A DNA stretch of 60,251 bases from Lama guanicoe (taxonomy: Eukaryota), in NCBI GenBank assembly GCA_013239625.1, contig MU053881.1, positions 11,917,957 through 11,978,207 of the forward strand, read 5' to 3'. Shown here piece after piece: positions 1 to 13,837 of this stretch; the stretch's first letter is position 1; each line of letters opens with the position of its first letter. The notes beneath the pieces were generated by a model. The model saw only the letters and a program-made list of their open reading frames with translations. It was not told where the DNA came from and searched no databases. The position numbers and the translations under genes were made by a program.

Positions 1-216
1 TCAAATAGAAGGAGAAATGCCACAGTTTGGCCATCTGGTTGTTAATTCGGATTTTACCTAAAATGTTTCTATTAAATCATTAAACTAGACCCTACTTCTT
101 TGGTCTATCAATGTATATGGACTCCCTAGAAAGGTCAAGATCTGTTAGCCATTTTTATTTATGTTATCTCATTTGATCTCAACAAAACATGAAGTAAGTA
201 TTATTATCTGTTTTAT

Positions 217-415
217 TTTATTTTTTAAACATTTTTTATTGATTTATAATCATTTTACAATGTTGTGTCAAATTCCAGTGTTCAGCACAATTTTTCAGTC
301 ATTCATGGACATATACACACTCATTGTCACATTTTTTTCTCTGTGAGTTATCGTAGACTGGGATTTCAAAATTGTAGAATAGATAAACAAGATTACACTG
401 TATAGCACAGGGAAA
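217..415 (-). mobile_element. Short young L1 3' end with 5' inversion (twin priming)
   Basis: 217-352 is a minus-strand L1 3' terminus with a T-rich tail. 353-415 is the upstream L1 3'UTR segment in plus orientation (atagataaacaagattacactgtatagcacagggaaa), similar to 19110-19140 and 27470-27510. Flanked by the direct repeat TATCTGTTTTAT at 205-216 and 416-427. Confidence 0.85.
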
Positions 416-1399
416 TATCTGTTTTATATTTTACTGAGGTTGTGAACAGCTGTAACTTGGTAAAGTCAGTGACGATGACAATGAAAATAACAAAATGCTG
501 ATAAATGGTGAGATTGGATATGATTCTAATCTGTCTTCAAGAGCTGTATGTTTTCTGTTACACTATGGTTGCATATTCTACAAATAATCAAAAGTGCTGG
601 GGCTTGATTTAGGTAAGTTTTATTTGCAGTTGAAAATTCTGAAGGCAAACTGCAAACTTCAACTTTAAAAGTTCATTTCATTAGAATCATTTTTAGCCCA
701 GGCAACATATATTGTTCAGAATCTAGGGATTTTTAATAAAAATGTCTTCAAGATTGAACTTGAAAAAGTTTCAGAATATAAACTTCAGCCACTTCTTGGT
801 AGCTGAATTATTACATGAATAGTTTCTTCATGTCTTGCAAAGAAGTGGTCTCCTCATTGAACGTGGGTCTAGAAGAATGTTGAGAACATTTATGTCCTTA
901 TCAGACATAAACAAAATGCTTTCTATAATCAAAAGGATTATAACCAAGGTTTTAATTCTGGAAGTATTTCATGAGGGGACAAGCATTTTTTTCCAAGCAT
1001 AATTTTTGTTGTGACAGCAACCAATGAAATTTTGATGCATCTATATAAGATGATTTAGAAAACTTTTCCCTAAAAACATTTGCTTATGGAGGAAGGGGTA
1101 AGTTCATGCCAAAATAAACTAGCATGGTAAAAATGATTCTTTCCTCTGTTTTACTGCCATTTCACCTCCACTATCCAGACACAGACTGCCTATGCAAAAA
1201 TCAAACAAAACATCCAAACAAGGTCAGGCATCAGTCCAACAGGGTTTAGCATTGCAGTGATAAAAAAAACATGGGTCATTAAAATTTTCAATTTGGGGCT
1301 GTATTTTTGGGAGATACTACCTAAAGAATACCCACGTGCAAATTTCATGTATCATTTATTGAACACCCATTATGTGCAAAACATCATACCAAATCATCA

Positions 1400-1600
1400 G
1401 ACTCTTTTTGTAAACAACTATTTTTGGACTCTGAGATATATGATCTCTTTCCTAGGTACTCAACATAAAAGCAACTGTAGTATAAAAGCAACTGTAAAGA
1501 ATACTTAATGACTGACATGCTATGTTACAATAAAGCTTTATTTGAAAACACAGGTAGTGGGCTAAATTTGGGCAGAGAACTGTAGTTTTGCTGACTTCTA
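1400..1600 (+). mobile_element. MER58A-like hAT-Charlie DNA transposon fossil
   Basis: Contains caataaagctttatttgaaaacacaggtagtgggctaaatttggg...tagttttgctgacttct, resembling the recalled MER58A consensus. Confidence 0.7.
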
Positions 1601-1654
1601 CTATATACCTTTGAGGCATAGAAAAACTGAGTGACCAACATGTAATTAAAGAAC

Positions 1655-2670
1655 TCAAACCACCAAAAAATTGTCAGAACTTTTAAACAATTGCAGTAGA
1701 ATTTCAGGATACAAAATCAATATACAAAAATCAGTTGCATTTCTGTAACACCAGCAACAAACTATCAGCAAAAAAAACTTAAGAAAATAATCACATTCAC
1801 CGTAACATTAAAAGGATAAAATGCTTAAAAATAAACTTAGCCAAGAAGGTAAAAAGATCTGTACATCTAAAATTACAAGAAAATTATCAAGGAAATTGAA
1901 GACACGGATAAATGGAAAGAGACTCTGTGTGCATGGATTAGAAGAATATCCTTAAAATACCCATACTACTCAAAGTGATCTACAGATTCAAGGCAATTCC
2001 TATCAAAATTCCAGTGGCATTTTTCACAGAAATAAAACAAATTATCCTAAATTTTTGTGTGTGGAAACACAAAAGACCACGAGTAGCCAAAGCGATCTTG
2101 AGAAAGAACAAAAATGCTAGAGGCAACATCCTTCCTGATCAAACTATATTATAAAGGCACAGTAGTAAAAACAGTATGATATTGGGGAAAAAACACAGAC
2201 ACACAGATCAATGGAACAGAATACAGAGTCCAAAAATAAACCCGTATGTATAAGGTAGGTTAATAAACAACAAAGGAATTAAGAATACTCAATGGGGAAA
2301 GGATACTCCCTTCAAAAAAGGGTGCCAGAAAAACCGGGCAGCCACATGTAAAATAATGAAACTGGATGCCTACTTACACCATACTCAAAAATCAACGCAA
2401 AGTAGATTCAAGACTTGAATATAAAACCTGAAGTCATAAAACTAGAAGAAAGCATAGGTCAATTCAATGATACTGGTCTTGATAATTCTTTATTCTTGAC
2501 ACCAAAGGCAAGACAACTAAAGCAAAAAATTAAAGTGGGACTGCTTAAAACTAAAAATATTTCTGCACACTAAAAGGAGCCATCAACAAAATGAAAAGGC
2601 CATCTATGGAACTGGAGAAAATATTAGCAAACTGCATGTCCAGTGAGGGTTTAACATCCTAAATGCTATA
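1655..2670 (+). mobile_element. L1 ORF2 internal fragment, degenerate, truncated at both ends
   Basis: Typical ORF2 segments (caggatacaaaatcaatatacaaaaatcagttgcatttct; gatctacagattcaaggcaattcctatcaaaattcca; gatcaatggaacagaatacagagtcca) with frameshifts and stops. Confidence 0.92.
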
Positions 2671-5029
2671 AGGTAATGATTATTCATTAAGTAGCTGATT
2701 AATTTTTTCTTGGTAGTTAACCAGTTGATTTTATTTGGTTTACAGTATCCCCTACTATTCCTTACAAATTTTTCTTTCAGAGGAAACGTTTTCCCTCTTT
2801 GTTGCACATTCCTCCCCCAAATCAGCAACATCTCACGTCTTAAGACTTGGCATCACCGCTGTCCATCCACTGCTTCCGTGTTTATCAAGCTCAAATTTAT
2901 ATCCTAAGACTCAGTTCAGTTCCAGCAGTGTTCAATATTATAATCTTTTTCTTTTCATCCTCCACTTAACAATAGAAAAACTGAATTGATCAAAATTATC
3001 CCATTAAAATGCAAAATGAAATGAAACAAACACTTTCTATTGCATTAGATTACTAGTAAAGTCCACCCCTGGTCAGGAGAATTTATGTATAAAACTGAGA
3101 CAATGGTAACTTGACAGAAACAGGTTTTGTTGTTTCATTCCAAAAGACCTTATGGGATTTTGTGTTTTCTTCCCACAATGGGGTGTTCTTCCTGTTCTGC
3201 TCTTCTTTATAATAGCTTTTCTAGGTTGATCCCCGCCCTGCCAAACAGACCACTCACTCCTCCCCCAAACTGCCCAGATTTTCATGTGCTCAAAATAGGC
3301 CCATAACAGTACCAACTTCCTTTGTTGCACTGATTTGAGAAATCTTTTGTTCTGAGATACGGTGCAGCCACATATGATTTCTGTAATCACCTCATGGCCA
3401 ATAAAGGATTATTTTAACCAACTACTATTTCTTCCAGAAACCAGAAATTACCTACGCATTGAGAAAAGCTGGACATTCATGTATCATGGCTGATTTGCCC
3501 CTTCTTGAAACTTCCCCATAACTCTAATATTTGCAACATTTCTTACATAGGGATTTAAAATAATGATCTTGTATATTTTATAACTAGCATATTAGAGGCT
3601 TATGATACTTCCCTTCTTCTTTTAAACGTTCTAAGTCTCAAAAACTTAAGTTGATGATTTGGTGGCTTTTGTTGTTGTTGTTGTTAAGTAGCTGACAAAT
3701 AAAGGAAACTGAGTATATGCTCAGGTTATCTGCATTTGAGGAATGACTACTGGGTATAAACTACAGATCCCTGTAGCCAAAATGGTCCTGTCATGCGGTT
3801 TAGCAGAGTGTACATTATAATCCTTATTAACTATTCTCCTCATCAAAAAAGATAATCATATTTTTTCTTAAAACCAGAAATATAAGATAGTTCATAAAAT
3901 ACTAGTAAGTGTGATTAACCAATTTGGTAATCAATAGTTATTCTTTTCTTTTGAATATCTAGAAAACTATTCTCATAATTAAAGGAGATAACAGAATTGC
4001 ATAGACAGAAGTTTTTCTTTATAACCTAGAATATTTAACATATTCCAAGACTAATCCTCTGAGGCTCTGTAACCAAACATGCAGATCTAACCATGTCACT
4101 TACAATGTTTAAATGCTTGGGAACACATTTAAACATTTTTTCTTATTCCTATGTCAAATTCTACCAAGGCAAAAAAGCAAAGCACTTATTTTCAAAAGTT
4201 TATTGGTTGCCTAAATGAAAAATGTAAAGTTTATCCTCCCCAAATAGTCCGTGTTGAGTGAACAATTTTCTCCCAGTGCAACTTCATAGCCTGGCACTAA
4301 ATTTTGTGCACAGTGAGCATGGCTTCTGTGCAATTTATGGCATATGAATTGCATTAGATCTCAAGTAAATTATGAACCCTCTGTGTTACCAAGGCACTGT
4401 CAAACTGATTGATTTGGACAGTTTGTAGTTAATTAAGTTCATTTCCAATTCTGTCTCTTCATCCAATTTCAAAGCATTCTATATTGAAAGCCTATTTTCA
4501 ATTAGTAAGAAGGATGAAACAAAAAGAATTAATTAGAAAAGTGACAATCCCTATTTAAGTCTTCATAGTGGGGCAATTATGTATCTTAAAAGTTAAGAAA
4601 TTGAAGAGTTGTACTTGTCTAATGTATTATGTCCTTGATAAGTATCTTATATATATTAAAACTTGACATAGGTATGCCATTACAGTGTGGGAAAAATGCA
4701 ATGATTGATGTTATCTGTACTTATCCTAAGTTAAATAAAAGATCATTTTCCTTAGTATGTTACTTAGTATTTAATTATTAAGGATTAGATTTGTTTTCTG
4801 AATGATATGACAGATATTCTAGAAAATCTTGTAATAAGACATTAATTTAGTGAATCCAACTAATATGAGAAGTATCAATAACTTTTTAAAGCCCATTAGA
4901 TGATTCTGATATAATAAGCCACCACCATCCAACCTCAGCCCATCTTGTTGCTCTCCAAGGTCCTGCACATCGACCACCACAACATAGGAGGCAAGTCTGC
5001 AAAGCAAGTAAGTGTTGGGAGATATATGG

Positions 5030-5230
5030 ATCCACTATAAATGTCTAGCTCTGCCACTTACTAGGTTTGATTTTGGCAGGTTTTTTTTTTACCTCCATCT
5101 TCCTTAGATGGGATGTTTATAAAATATGAATGATACCATAAAATCTACAGGGAAAAGTCAAGGGTTAAAGAGGGAATGTCTGTAAAATGTTTAACCCAGT
5201 ACCTGGCAACAGTGAATAGTTATTTATAAT
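5030..5230 (+). mobile_element. MIR SINE
   Basis: MIR core ctagctctgccacttactagg...cagtacctggca. Confidence 0.7.
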
Positions 5231-5329
5231 CATTATGATAATAGTGGTGACACTTACAAATAAAATCCATAACCCAGGTCCAAAAACTGCACACCTATAT
5301 TGTTATAACAGGATATTATTGTGCATGGC

Positions 5330-5700
5330 TTCCTGAAGTAAAAGGGAGATTTGAGCTCATTGAATTCAGCTTTTAAACACATTGAGTTCGAAATCCCAGT
5401 GGAACATCTAGTTGGAAATATCAAGAAGGCAGGTAAGACAGGGTTATATGAAGTTTATCAATGTTTAGGGGATATTTGCAGTTTGGTAATTTTTTAAGGA
5501 ATTTTTCTCCTGAACTCAGTAGATGAAATGCCAGGTAGACAGAGTAGAAACAGAGATGAGTGTTCAGAACAAGACTTTAAAAACTGCCTTATAGGTTAAA
5601 AAAATTGAAAGAGAATGCAGAAGAGAATGTAAGGCAAAGGAGAATGTAAGGCAAAGGAGACTGTAAGGCAGACAAAAACCCTGAGAAAAGAGATTCAAGA
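5330..5700 (-). mobile_element. L2 fragment
   Basis: ttttaaacacattgagttcgaaatcccagtggaacatctagttggaaatatc resembles antisense L2. Confidence 0.6.
5623..5670 (+). repeat. 17-bp tandem repeat, about 2.8 copies (GAGAATGTAAGGCAAAG)
   Basis: Two identical copies at 5623-5639 and 5640-5656, then a partial diverged third copy. Confidence 0.9.
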
Positions 5701-5704
5701 ACCT

Positions 5705-6960
5705 AACAGATACCAAAATATTTTTTAATCTACTATAATTAAAACAGTGTTTTAATAGCATAAGAATAGTGGAATAAATAAGTCAGAACATAGAGTCAAA
5801 TAAATTAAGTACAGAAAAAGGATTTCAAATCTGTGGCAAAACATGGCTTTGTAAGTAAATGGTTTGAGAACTATTGGATCTTTAGAGGGCAAGAGAGTTA
5901 GATTTTTATCTTATACCACTCACATCTAAACATCCATGCTTAATGGATTAAAGATCTAGATATACAAAAAAAGTACCAGCTGAATAGGGGAGAATGATAC
6001 AAAACTCAGGATCCTCAGAAAAAGCAGGTATGAATTATAACAGTGTACTAATTCTCTATTAAAAATTATCATAAGCAAAATTTTAAAATAAATAAATGGG
6101 GGGATATATTTTTTACATATGCAAAACCCAAAGGTTAAGATTTACAAGATGCAAAGATGCTCCTATAAATCAACTTCTAAGAAGTTCAGTCATCCCAAGG
6201 GAAAAATAAATGAAGTATATAAAAAGTAAATTCCCTGATAAAAATTGCAGATAACCAGTGGACACATAAAGATATTAAACTCTTAAAAATATAGGTTTTT
6301 CTTCCTATCGCATGGGACTACAAAATAAAAAAGTTTAACACACCCAGTGTGGTTGACAGAATATAGAAATGTCCACTCTCAAATTCAGCTGGTGGGTGAC
6401 AAACTGGTACAACTATTCTGGAGTCTCATAGGATACCATTTATCAATATTATAAATGTATAAAGTCTACTGCCCAGCAAACCCAGCAGTACTAAAACCAT
6501 TCACACTAAATCTCATGCAGAATTACGGCGTAAATGACTAGATAAAGACAATTTAGCTATGTTCACAAGAAAGCTCACTATAGCAACAAAAAAAGACAAC
6601 AGTTTTAGAACTCTAAATAGTCCACTAATAGAAGAACTGTAGATTGAAAAACAAAATACTTCGAAAATTTTCAAAATAGTAAAGTAAATCTACTGACGTG
6701 AAAACATATTATTGATCAATAAAATAAGCTGGATGAATTCATGTGTGTAAACACATGCTGAAGCAAAAGATGGTTTACAAACTATTACTGTAATAGTTGA
6801 TCCTGAAAAGTGGAATCACGGGGACAGAGGGAAATTATTATTAAGACTTTAAAAAATTAGTTATGGTTTTCTTGGTTTGTGTGTAACTTTCACTTCTCCT
6901 AAATTTTCCCAAATGAATATGTGTTACATTTATGATCAGAATACTTTAAAAGTGTATTTC
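5705..6960 (+). mobile_element. Old L1 (L1M-type) ORF2 3' part and 3'UTR, highly diverged
   Basis: Remnants such as ctataattaaaacagtg, atggattaaagatctaga, gctggtgggtgacaaactggtacaactattctggag, ctaaatagtccactaataga. Confidence 0.7.
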
Positions 6961-7899
6961 CTTGAATCAAGGTGGAGTTAAAATTGTACAGTCAATACAA
7001 ACATGCTTTATAAATAGACTGCTACCCAGATTCATGTCACAGTTAACCTATTTATATGACTTTCTACCTCAAGTTCTTTCACTTCTTTTTAACTTAACTT
7101 CTTCCACTGAAAAATGAGTGAAAATACCCCTTGTTTCATAAAACAGTTCAATAGTGTTTTATGAAACATCAAGTGAGACATCAATAAAATATTGAAGATA
7201 AAGTATATGGTTACGTCCTGGCATATACTGAGACCTCAGTAAGCATGCGGGTAGGATTTTATTGTTTTGCTGGTGATACTGACAGTGAAGAGGAACAGGA
7301 AGGGATGGCTTTATTTGATGTGATGAAATATAGCAGCTGATGGAATGTGAAGTGTATTTCCTCTGAGCTACCACCCAATTTCTTGGGAATGTAGGTTATA
7401 TCAAGATTATTATTCTTTACACCTCCTTAACTCCAGCCTCACCTCCTTATTCCCTGCTGTTGCTCTGGAGGACCTGACAGCCTCCAGTTACTCTCTTCTC
7501 TTCCCCATCTTTGTGCCAAATCTCTCCATCAATGGGAGTATCCTCAACACTTGTTTAAATTCGATCCGTCTTCTCAGGAGCAGGTCTTTCTTGCACTACC
7601 TCTTCCATTCCCCATCCCTCCAGCTTCCTGCAATAGGTTAGCCCATCTGTTTGGCCACTCCTCACCTTTTGCCTTACATCACCATTTGTGTCAATGTAAA
7701 TCATCCCAAGAGATAAACTTCTTGATGCCAAGACACTGGGGAGGTGAGGGTTGGTGAGATGTGTCAAACATGATACCCACACAGAATCTGACAAAACAAC
7801 TTATACAGAGAAACCATTCACTGATTATTAACTGATTTTAATACCATATAAGGGACCCAGGGAGGGGCAGATGGAGCACTGGGATAGTGGGGATTTCTG

Positions 7900-9360
7900 C
7901 TTAAAAATAAGCGAGGAGAAATGTTTCTATTTCATCTCCCATTTCCAAACTAAAGTAAAAATGAAAGCAACAAAACCATGTAAAGCAAACCTCATTTTCA
8001 GTGAAATGAGGAAAGAGTAGTAATCCCAAACCACACAACAAGAACAGTAAGAATTTAAACCAAATCAAGAAAGAGTATAGGGGGAAAAAAAAGATGAAAC
8101 TTTTTCTTCAGTTTAGGACAGAGGTTACTGTGGTAGGTGGCACAACCCTGAAGGACCAAAAAATCCCTTGCTTGAAGAGATGAGTTTTTTAATTGAAATA
8201 TAATTGGTATGTAATGCTGTATAAGTTTAAGGTGTACAATGTATTGATTTGATAATCTGTATATTGCAATATGATTACCGTCATAGTGTCAACGAACACC
8301 TCTCCGTATCACATAATTCTGAGTGAGTGGGTAAGTCCAGGAACATGTCTGGGCTTCATTATCTGTGCCAATGCTTGGATGTGAGTCACAGAAAGAACTT
8401 AACCGATGTGTCTAGTTACAGGAAGTGGGCTGGTAGCATGGAAAGGTAAGGAAAGAAGCATTTTGAGTGCTCACTGCCACCAGCTGCGTAACTAGAAATA
8501 AATGCTGAATCAGAATACATGAAGCCTAAATGAAATGGGTTATTTTAAATACAGGGAAATGTAGACTTCTGAGTTTATCTCAGAAAGTAGCAAAAGACCC
8601 CACAGTTACCAAGGAAGTAACTGAAAATGTGGTCAAAGAGGGGTCAAAGAGCTACCCCTCTAAAAGCCATGAGGCTAGGACAGTTTCACAGGTAAAATGT
8701 ATCAATCTTTAGGAAACAGACCATTAAGAAAAAACTGAAAATTAAAAAAAAACTCCTTCCCAGTTCTTTCTACAGAACCGTATCTGTGACACCAAAGTAT
8801 AATAGAGATTATCTCAAAAAAAAAAAAAAAAAAAAAAAAAGAAAAAAAGTAGGGGGTTGGGGGGTGAAAGAGAGAGAGAGAGAAATACAAACAAACCTCA
8901 CTTATTAATATCAAGATCAAAACTCTGAAGGAAACATCAGTAAAGTTAATCCAGGAGCTTTTAAAGAGAATTATAAAGAGGACTTAGCCTTGAACTGCTG
9001 AGATGGTTTAATATTGAAAAATGTGTATATTGAGTTTAGAGGTGTATGCTATTCTCTACCAAAACTTAAATCAGTATTTTATAAAATTAGCATTCATTCT
9101 GATAGAACTTACAGTCAAACAGCAATCAGTAGGCTAAACACAGTTACAGAAACACACACGCTTTTGCAAACGTTCTCACCAAAGACATAAGCCAAGAATG
9201 ACCACCATGAATATATACATACAGGAATTACTTGAAATGTTAACTAAACTAGATGTGAAATAGCATAAAGGAAGAGAAAAACATTATCATTATTTGCATA
9301 AAATTTGATCACATATTCAAAAAATGGTCATATTATTAAAAATGTAGCAACATTTATTAA
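7900..9360 (+). mobile_element. Old, fragmented L1-like region
   Basis: A-rich, with ORF2-like remnants (gagatggtttaatattgaaaa; aaaggaagagaaaaacattatcattatttgcata). Boundaries uncertain. Confidence 0.45.
8184..8320 (-). mobile_element. L1 (L1MA-like) 3' end fragment
   Basis: ttttttaattgaaatataattggtatgtaatgctgtataagtttaaggtgtacaatg...atgattacc is a typical antisense L1 3' terminus. Confidence 0.8.
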
Positions 9361-10034
9361 GAAATAGAGAGTCTTATGTCTTTGCCCACATTGTCTTCTC
9401 ATTTACCTTCTAGGGAAAAAGAAGTCCTTATCAGCTCAGCCCCTCTTTGATAGTGTGTGTGTATGCACGTGTGTGTGTACACCTACATGTATGAACATGT
9501 ATATGTGTAATGCAGAATTATGACAAATTTAAAGTAGGCAAATTGGAGAATAAAGGTTAATGACTTTATTTGGAGACGGTCAAGACACATACAGAAGTAA
9601 AAAAGGCTTATGGCAAAGGTGAGCATGGGAGAAAGTTAAGGATTTCTACAGTCTGAGAAGCAAGGAGAGATTGTGATTGTGTGCTGTGCAGAAAGCTCCT
9701 AAGGAAATTTGCAGGTGTGATTCGTTTTAGTGGATGTACTTAGAGCAGATGGGGGATTGAGAAAGCCAAGCAAACCCAGAAAAGCATGGGGAATAATTTC
9801 AGGACAAGAGGGTGAAGATCACAACTGCTGGTTAAATTCTGAACTCTACACCTAACATTCCTAAGAGCTGAATAAAAGTCCTTTGGTAATAATAACAGAT
9901 TACACCATGCAATGATGTCCAATAATCTTTTTTTTTTCGCATTGGTGGAAAATGAGGACCACAGTAACTGGCACCCAACTTGGTGAAAAATAAAAGTTAT
10001 ATTCCTTTCCTGGGAGGCACTAACTATGGATTGT

Positions 10035-10250
10035 CAGTAGTGTGATGGTAAAAAGGAGCAATTCTGGACTCTAAGATCTCCACTTGAATCCTAGGGTTGT
10101 TGAACAAGTTTCTGAACCTTCTGAGCATTGGTTCCTTATCTATAAAATGTGAATAATAATAGCACCTTTTACATAATTTTGTTATGAGCATGAAATAATT
10201 CCATGATTAATACATAATGTAGATTTGTATGTACTCAATAAATACTATCT
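10035..10250 (+). mobile_element. MIR SINE
   Basis: Near-full MIR, from agtagtgtgatggtaaaaaggagca through tataaaatgtgaataataatagcacc to tactcaataaata. Confidence 0.8.
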
Positions 10251-11379
10251 GTTTTTATGAAATGCTGTGGTAAGTTTCTTGAGAAATATGTTATGTCACT
10301 GTCTAGTCTGTTATCTCAATATATACAATTCTTTAGCTCCAGCTTGCTTTATAAGCATATCATACCAGAAAAGCACATTTTAATATTCAACATATTATAC
10401 AAAATAAAGCACTTTTTAATGTTGAAAGGTCTTCATATTTGGGTTTATAAAAGACCTCACAAGTTAGCTGTCACAAGAAAATTTTTCAATTCCCATTTAA
10501 AATTTCACACTCAGTAAAGTATACACTGTGCTTATTTTCATCGTGAGCAATTATCCAAATAAAAGCCAATAAATAATATAGTCATTAGATTTCAGAAGGA
10601 ACTATGTTTACCAAGTCACAAAACTGAAGACGGAAATTATTTGGATGAGGAGAGAGATTTCCTGTCCTTAAAAAAATACTCAGTTTCATTCAGTCCCTGC
10701 TGTTTCCTTTCAAAGGGATGATCAGCTTTATACATTTCCAATTTTTGCTCCATTGACCATACAGACATAACCTGAATACACCCTTACCATTTATTTTCAA
10801 AGGGGATATCCTGATTCCTTGCCAGATTGCTATTTATATTGCTCATGAGAGGGCCAGTCTGATGATACAGGATGAAAATGGCTTCCAGCTCTACCCATGA
10901 GTCCACTGAGCTATAAAGCAACTTTGTTAACTTCACTTACTGGATTTTAAATCGTCATGTATTGGCAATTTGTCACTGGCATTGACTTCCTGCCCTAGAG
11001 CTAAGATTACTGCCGTAACTACTGCTTCATTCTTCATCACCAGGTTTATAGCTCACTACCCTGGCCACTGTAAGGAGGTCATGTTTGAGAACTCTGCATC
11101 ACAGTACCATTTTTAGTACCACTCTGAAAACTAAACTACCGAGAATTTCATCTCGGATCTCCTGCCAGCTATCTTTACAAATTCTCAGTGACTGAATCAT
11201 TCTATCCAAAGACTCATTCAGTCAGCAGATATTTTAAAGGCTCCACTACTGATGACTTGGAGGTCTTGGTAGATAAAAAAGAAGACATGGTCTGTGCTCT
11301 TAAGTGTCTCATAACTTGACTGGGGAGACAAAATAAATGCATAGCTAACCATTAGAAAAAAGTTATCCAACTATTCTGA

Positions 11380-12135
11380 ATGTCTGGCTAATGTGTTCAG
11401 TATTTGCTATCCCCACTGCTACCATGTTAATGTCAGTTACTGCCAGCTTTTGTCTAAAACATTACAGCAGCCTCCTTACTGGTCTCTCCTCCTTCAGTCC
11501 ACCTTCCCAGTGGCAATGAAAGTGACCTTTCTGATACAGAAATGTAATAATTTAGCTTCAAAAAAAATTAAGCTTCCATTGATCACATCCTTCGATGATT
11601 CTTCAATGCTTTTAGGGCAAAGTTCAAATTTCTCAACATGGCTTATATGCCTTCCTCAGTCTGCACCCTGTGCAGCCCATCACTCCAGACTTCTCTCTCA
11701 CCATTGTCTGCCTTACCCTCTACACTAGCTATAACCATGGCAAACTCCCAAAGTCCCTAGAACTCCATCAACTCTTAAGCCTCTAACCTGTGGAACATGT
11801 TTGTCCTGCTGCCTGAATCATCATCTGCTGTTTTTCTTCCTATCCCCATACTTGAGCTTGGATAATTTCTTGATCCTCATATATAAATTACCCCCCTAGG
11901 AAGCTTTCAGTGACCCATATATTTGATTACCTCCCCAACTCTATCACAATGTATGTTCATTTCACACCTTGTTGTTTATACTTTATCGCTGTATTCTAAT
12001 TATTTTTACTGTCATTTTGGCTGAATATTAATGTTCCTAAGGACAGGGAGTGTTTCTATCTAATTTATTACTGGGCTTAGTATCCAACTATTTCATAGCA
12101 GACTCTCAATAAACACCCTAAACAAATGAATGAGC
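11380..12135 (+). mobile_element. L2 3' region, flanked by antisense L2 pieces (about 11215-11340 and 12140-12450)
   Basis: attacagcagcctccttactggtctc, and the terminal ctcaataaacaccctaaacaaatgaatga typical of L2a. Confidence 0.8.
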
Positions 12136-12479
12136 TGCATGATGTAAGTAAGTATTACAGAAGTTCAGAAAAAAGAGATCAGTGTGACTAGAAATAATCA
12201 GTGAAGGATCTGTGAAAAAGAAAGTGATGAATAAATATGATTTTGACAAGGAGTAGAGAAGAAAAAGAATTTCACATAATGTAGAAGAAGCACATTCATA
12301 GCAAAGAGTAACAATGATATATATTGAATAAGAAGCAGATTTTCGTAGCAAGAACTAGGTGTGTGTTGTCAGTACGAAACATGACTGGCTAGCTGTGGTG
12401 AAGGCAGTCATGAGGAACCTTTAGAACAGGCAGAGAAGCAAATGAGTTCACTGTGGATTTACTTCTAGTTTGCCTATTC

Positions 12480-13670
12480 AGGACTTACTGTTATTTTTGC
12501 ATCAGTGGATGCTTGATATTCAACAAGCAAAAATAACAGTCATGATTTCATCAAATTGCCCATTCTTCATTCTGTTTTTCTTTTGCATTCTCATTTAATT
12601 CTAATTAAACACGTTAGTACCTGTCATTCTTTGTTCTTCGTTTTCCTATTTTTCATTGCACTGCTAGTTATTTCTTCAGATTGGCTTTTAGTTCCTATCT
12701 TTGACTTTGTCCAGTCTGCCACTGAAACTATCTGTTGTATTTTTAATTTCAATTATTACATTTTTCAAGTCTCCTTTTCCCTCAAATACGTCTAATGTTC
12801 ATTTTAGTAACAGTGGTGCTGGTTCTTTCTGATATTTAAAAATTCAGCACATTAAGAGCATTTGTGTTTTATTTCCTCATTGTCTATCTAGTTCTGTTAC
12901 CTGACACTGCTGTTTGTATTTCTGCTGACTCTTGCTGATGAGGGCATGTTGTCTTGCATGTTTTTAAAGTCTAAAGTGCCCAGACTTAATCCATGGAAAT
13001 TCTATGCAGCCTGAGTTGAGAGAGCATCCCTCAAAAGAGAATTTGTTTTTGCCTCTGCCAAGTACTCTCACATTTTACCACTCTGAGACTTATTTATGCT
13101 AATTACTCATTTGGAAGTTTCCAGGACTAAAAAGGAAGAATGAATTTTAACCACACATTAGCAGGAGGGTATATCTAAGGCTACAAATCTTTAGGGAAGG
13201 CATTTCTTTTTTTTCCTTTTTTTCCCACCCAAACCAGAGTTCAATTCAAAACAGCTAAGCTATCTTATCTCTCTTTGCAGTTGGGTGAAATTTTTTCTTT
13301 CTCTTTCCACACTTTCATTAGGTTGTGGCCATTTGCGATTCCAAGCTTTGTCAATTCCAGCTCCTACATGGACTTCCTCTGTAACCCACCAGTAAAGCCT
13401 TGTCTTCTATCTCTAAGTGTCCCTTAAAAGACAAGCCTTCCGGTTACTAAAATTGCAAAACACCTCTAGGCAAATCACGATGTTAGTGTGGCTTACTACT
13501 CCGAGTTTTTGAGCTCTTTTTTGGGGGTTACTGGAAAGTTTCCTAACATTCTCACAAGCTCAGCATTTGAGAGGATATTGTTTTATTTTAACCTGGTTGT
13601 TATATTTCACCTACATATTTTATGGGAGAGTTTTCTGATTATTTACTTAATTGTATTGACAGAAATTCAA
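12480..13670 (-). mobile_element. Old L1/HAL1-like 5' or ORF1 region, antisense
   Basis: T-rich diverged stretch with tattttttaatttcaattattacatttttca-like and gagaatttgtttttgcctctgcca motifs. Confidence 0.55.
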
Positions 13671-13837
13671 GTCCAGAGTAATAGTAATTTGAATCAAGAA
13701 GCAATGTTGTTCTTAAACTATAGCAACCAGATAGGGTCTAATTTATATTGGTTTGTCTGATTTTATCACTTTAAGCCCCTTATCCTGGTGATTCCTCAGT
13801 CTAGGACTCTGTATCTACAACTAATCATATCTGGCAG

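Noticed and set aside
5623..5670. Short direct repeats as a CRISPR-like array
   Set aside because: Head-to-tail with no spacers, in mammalian DNA; a simple minisatellite.
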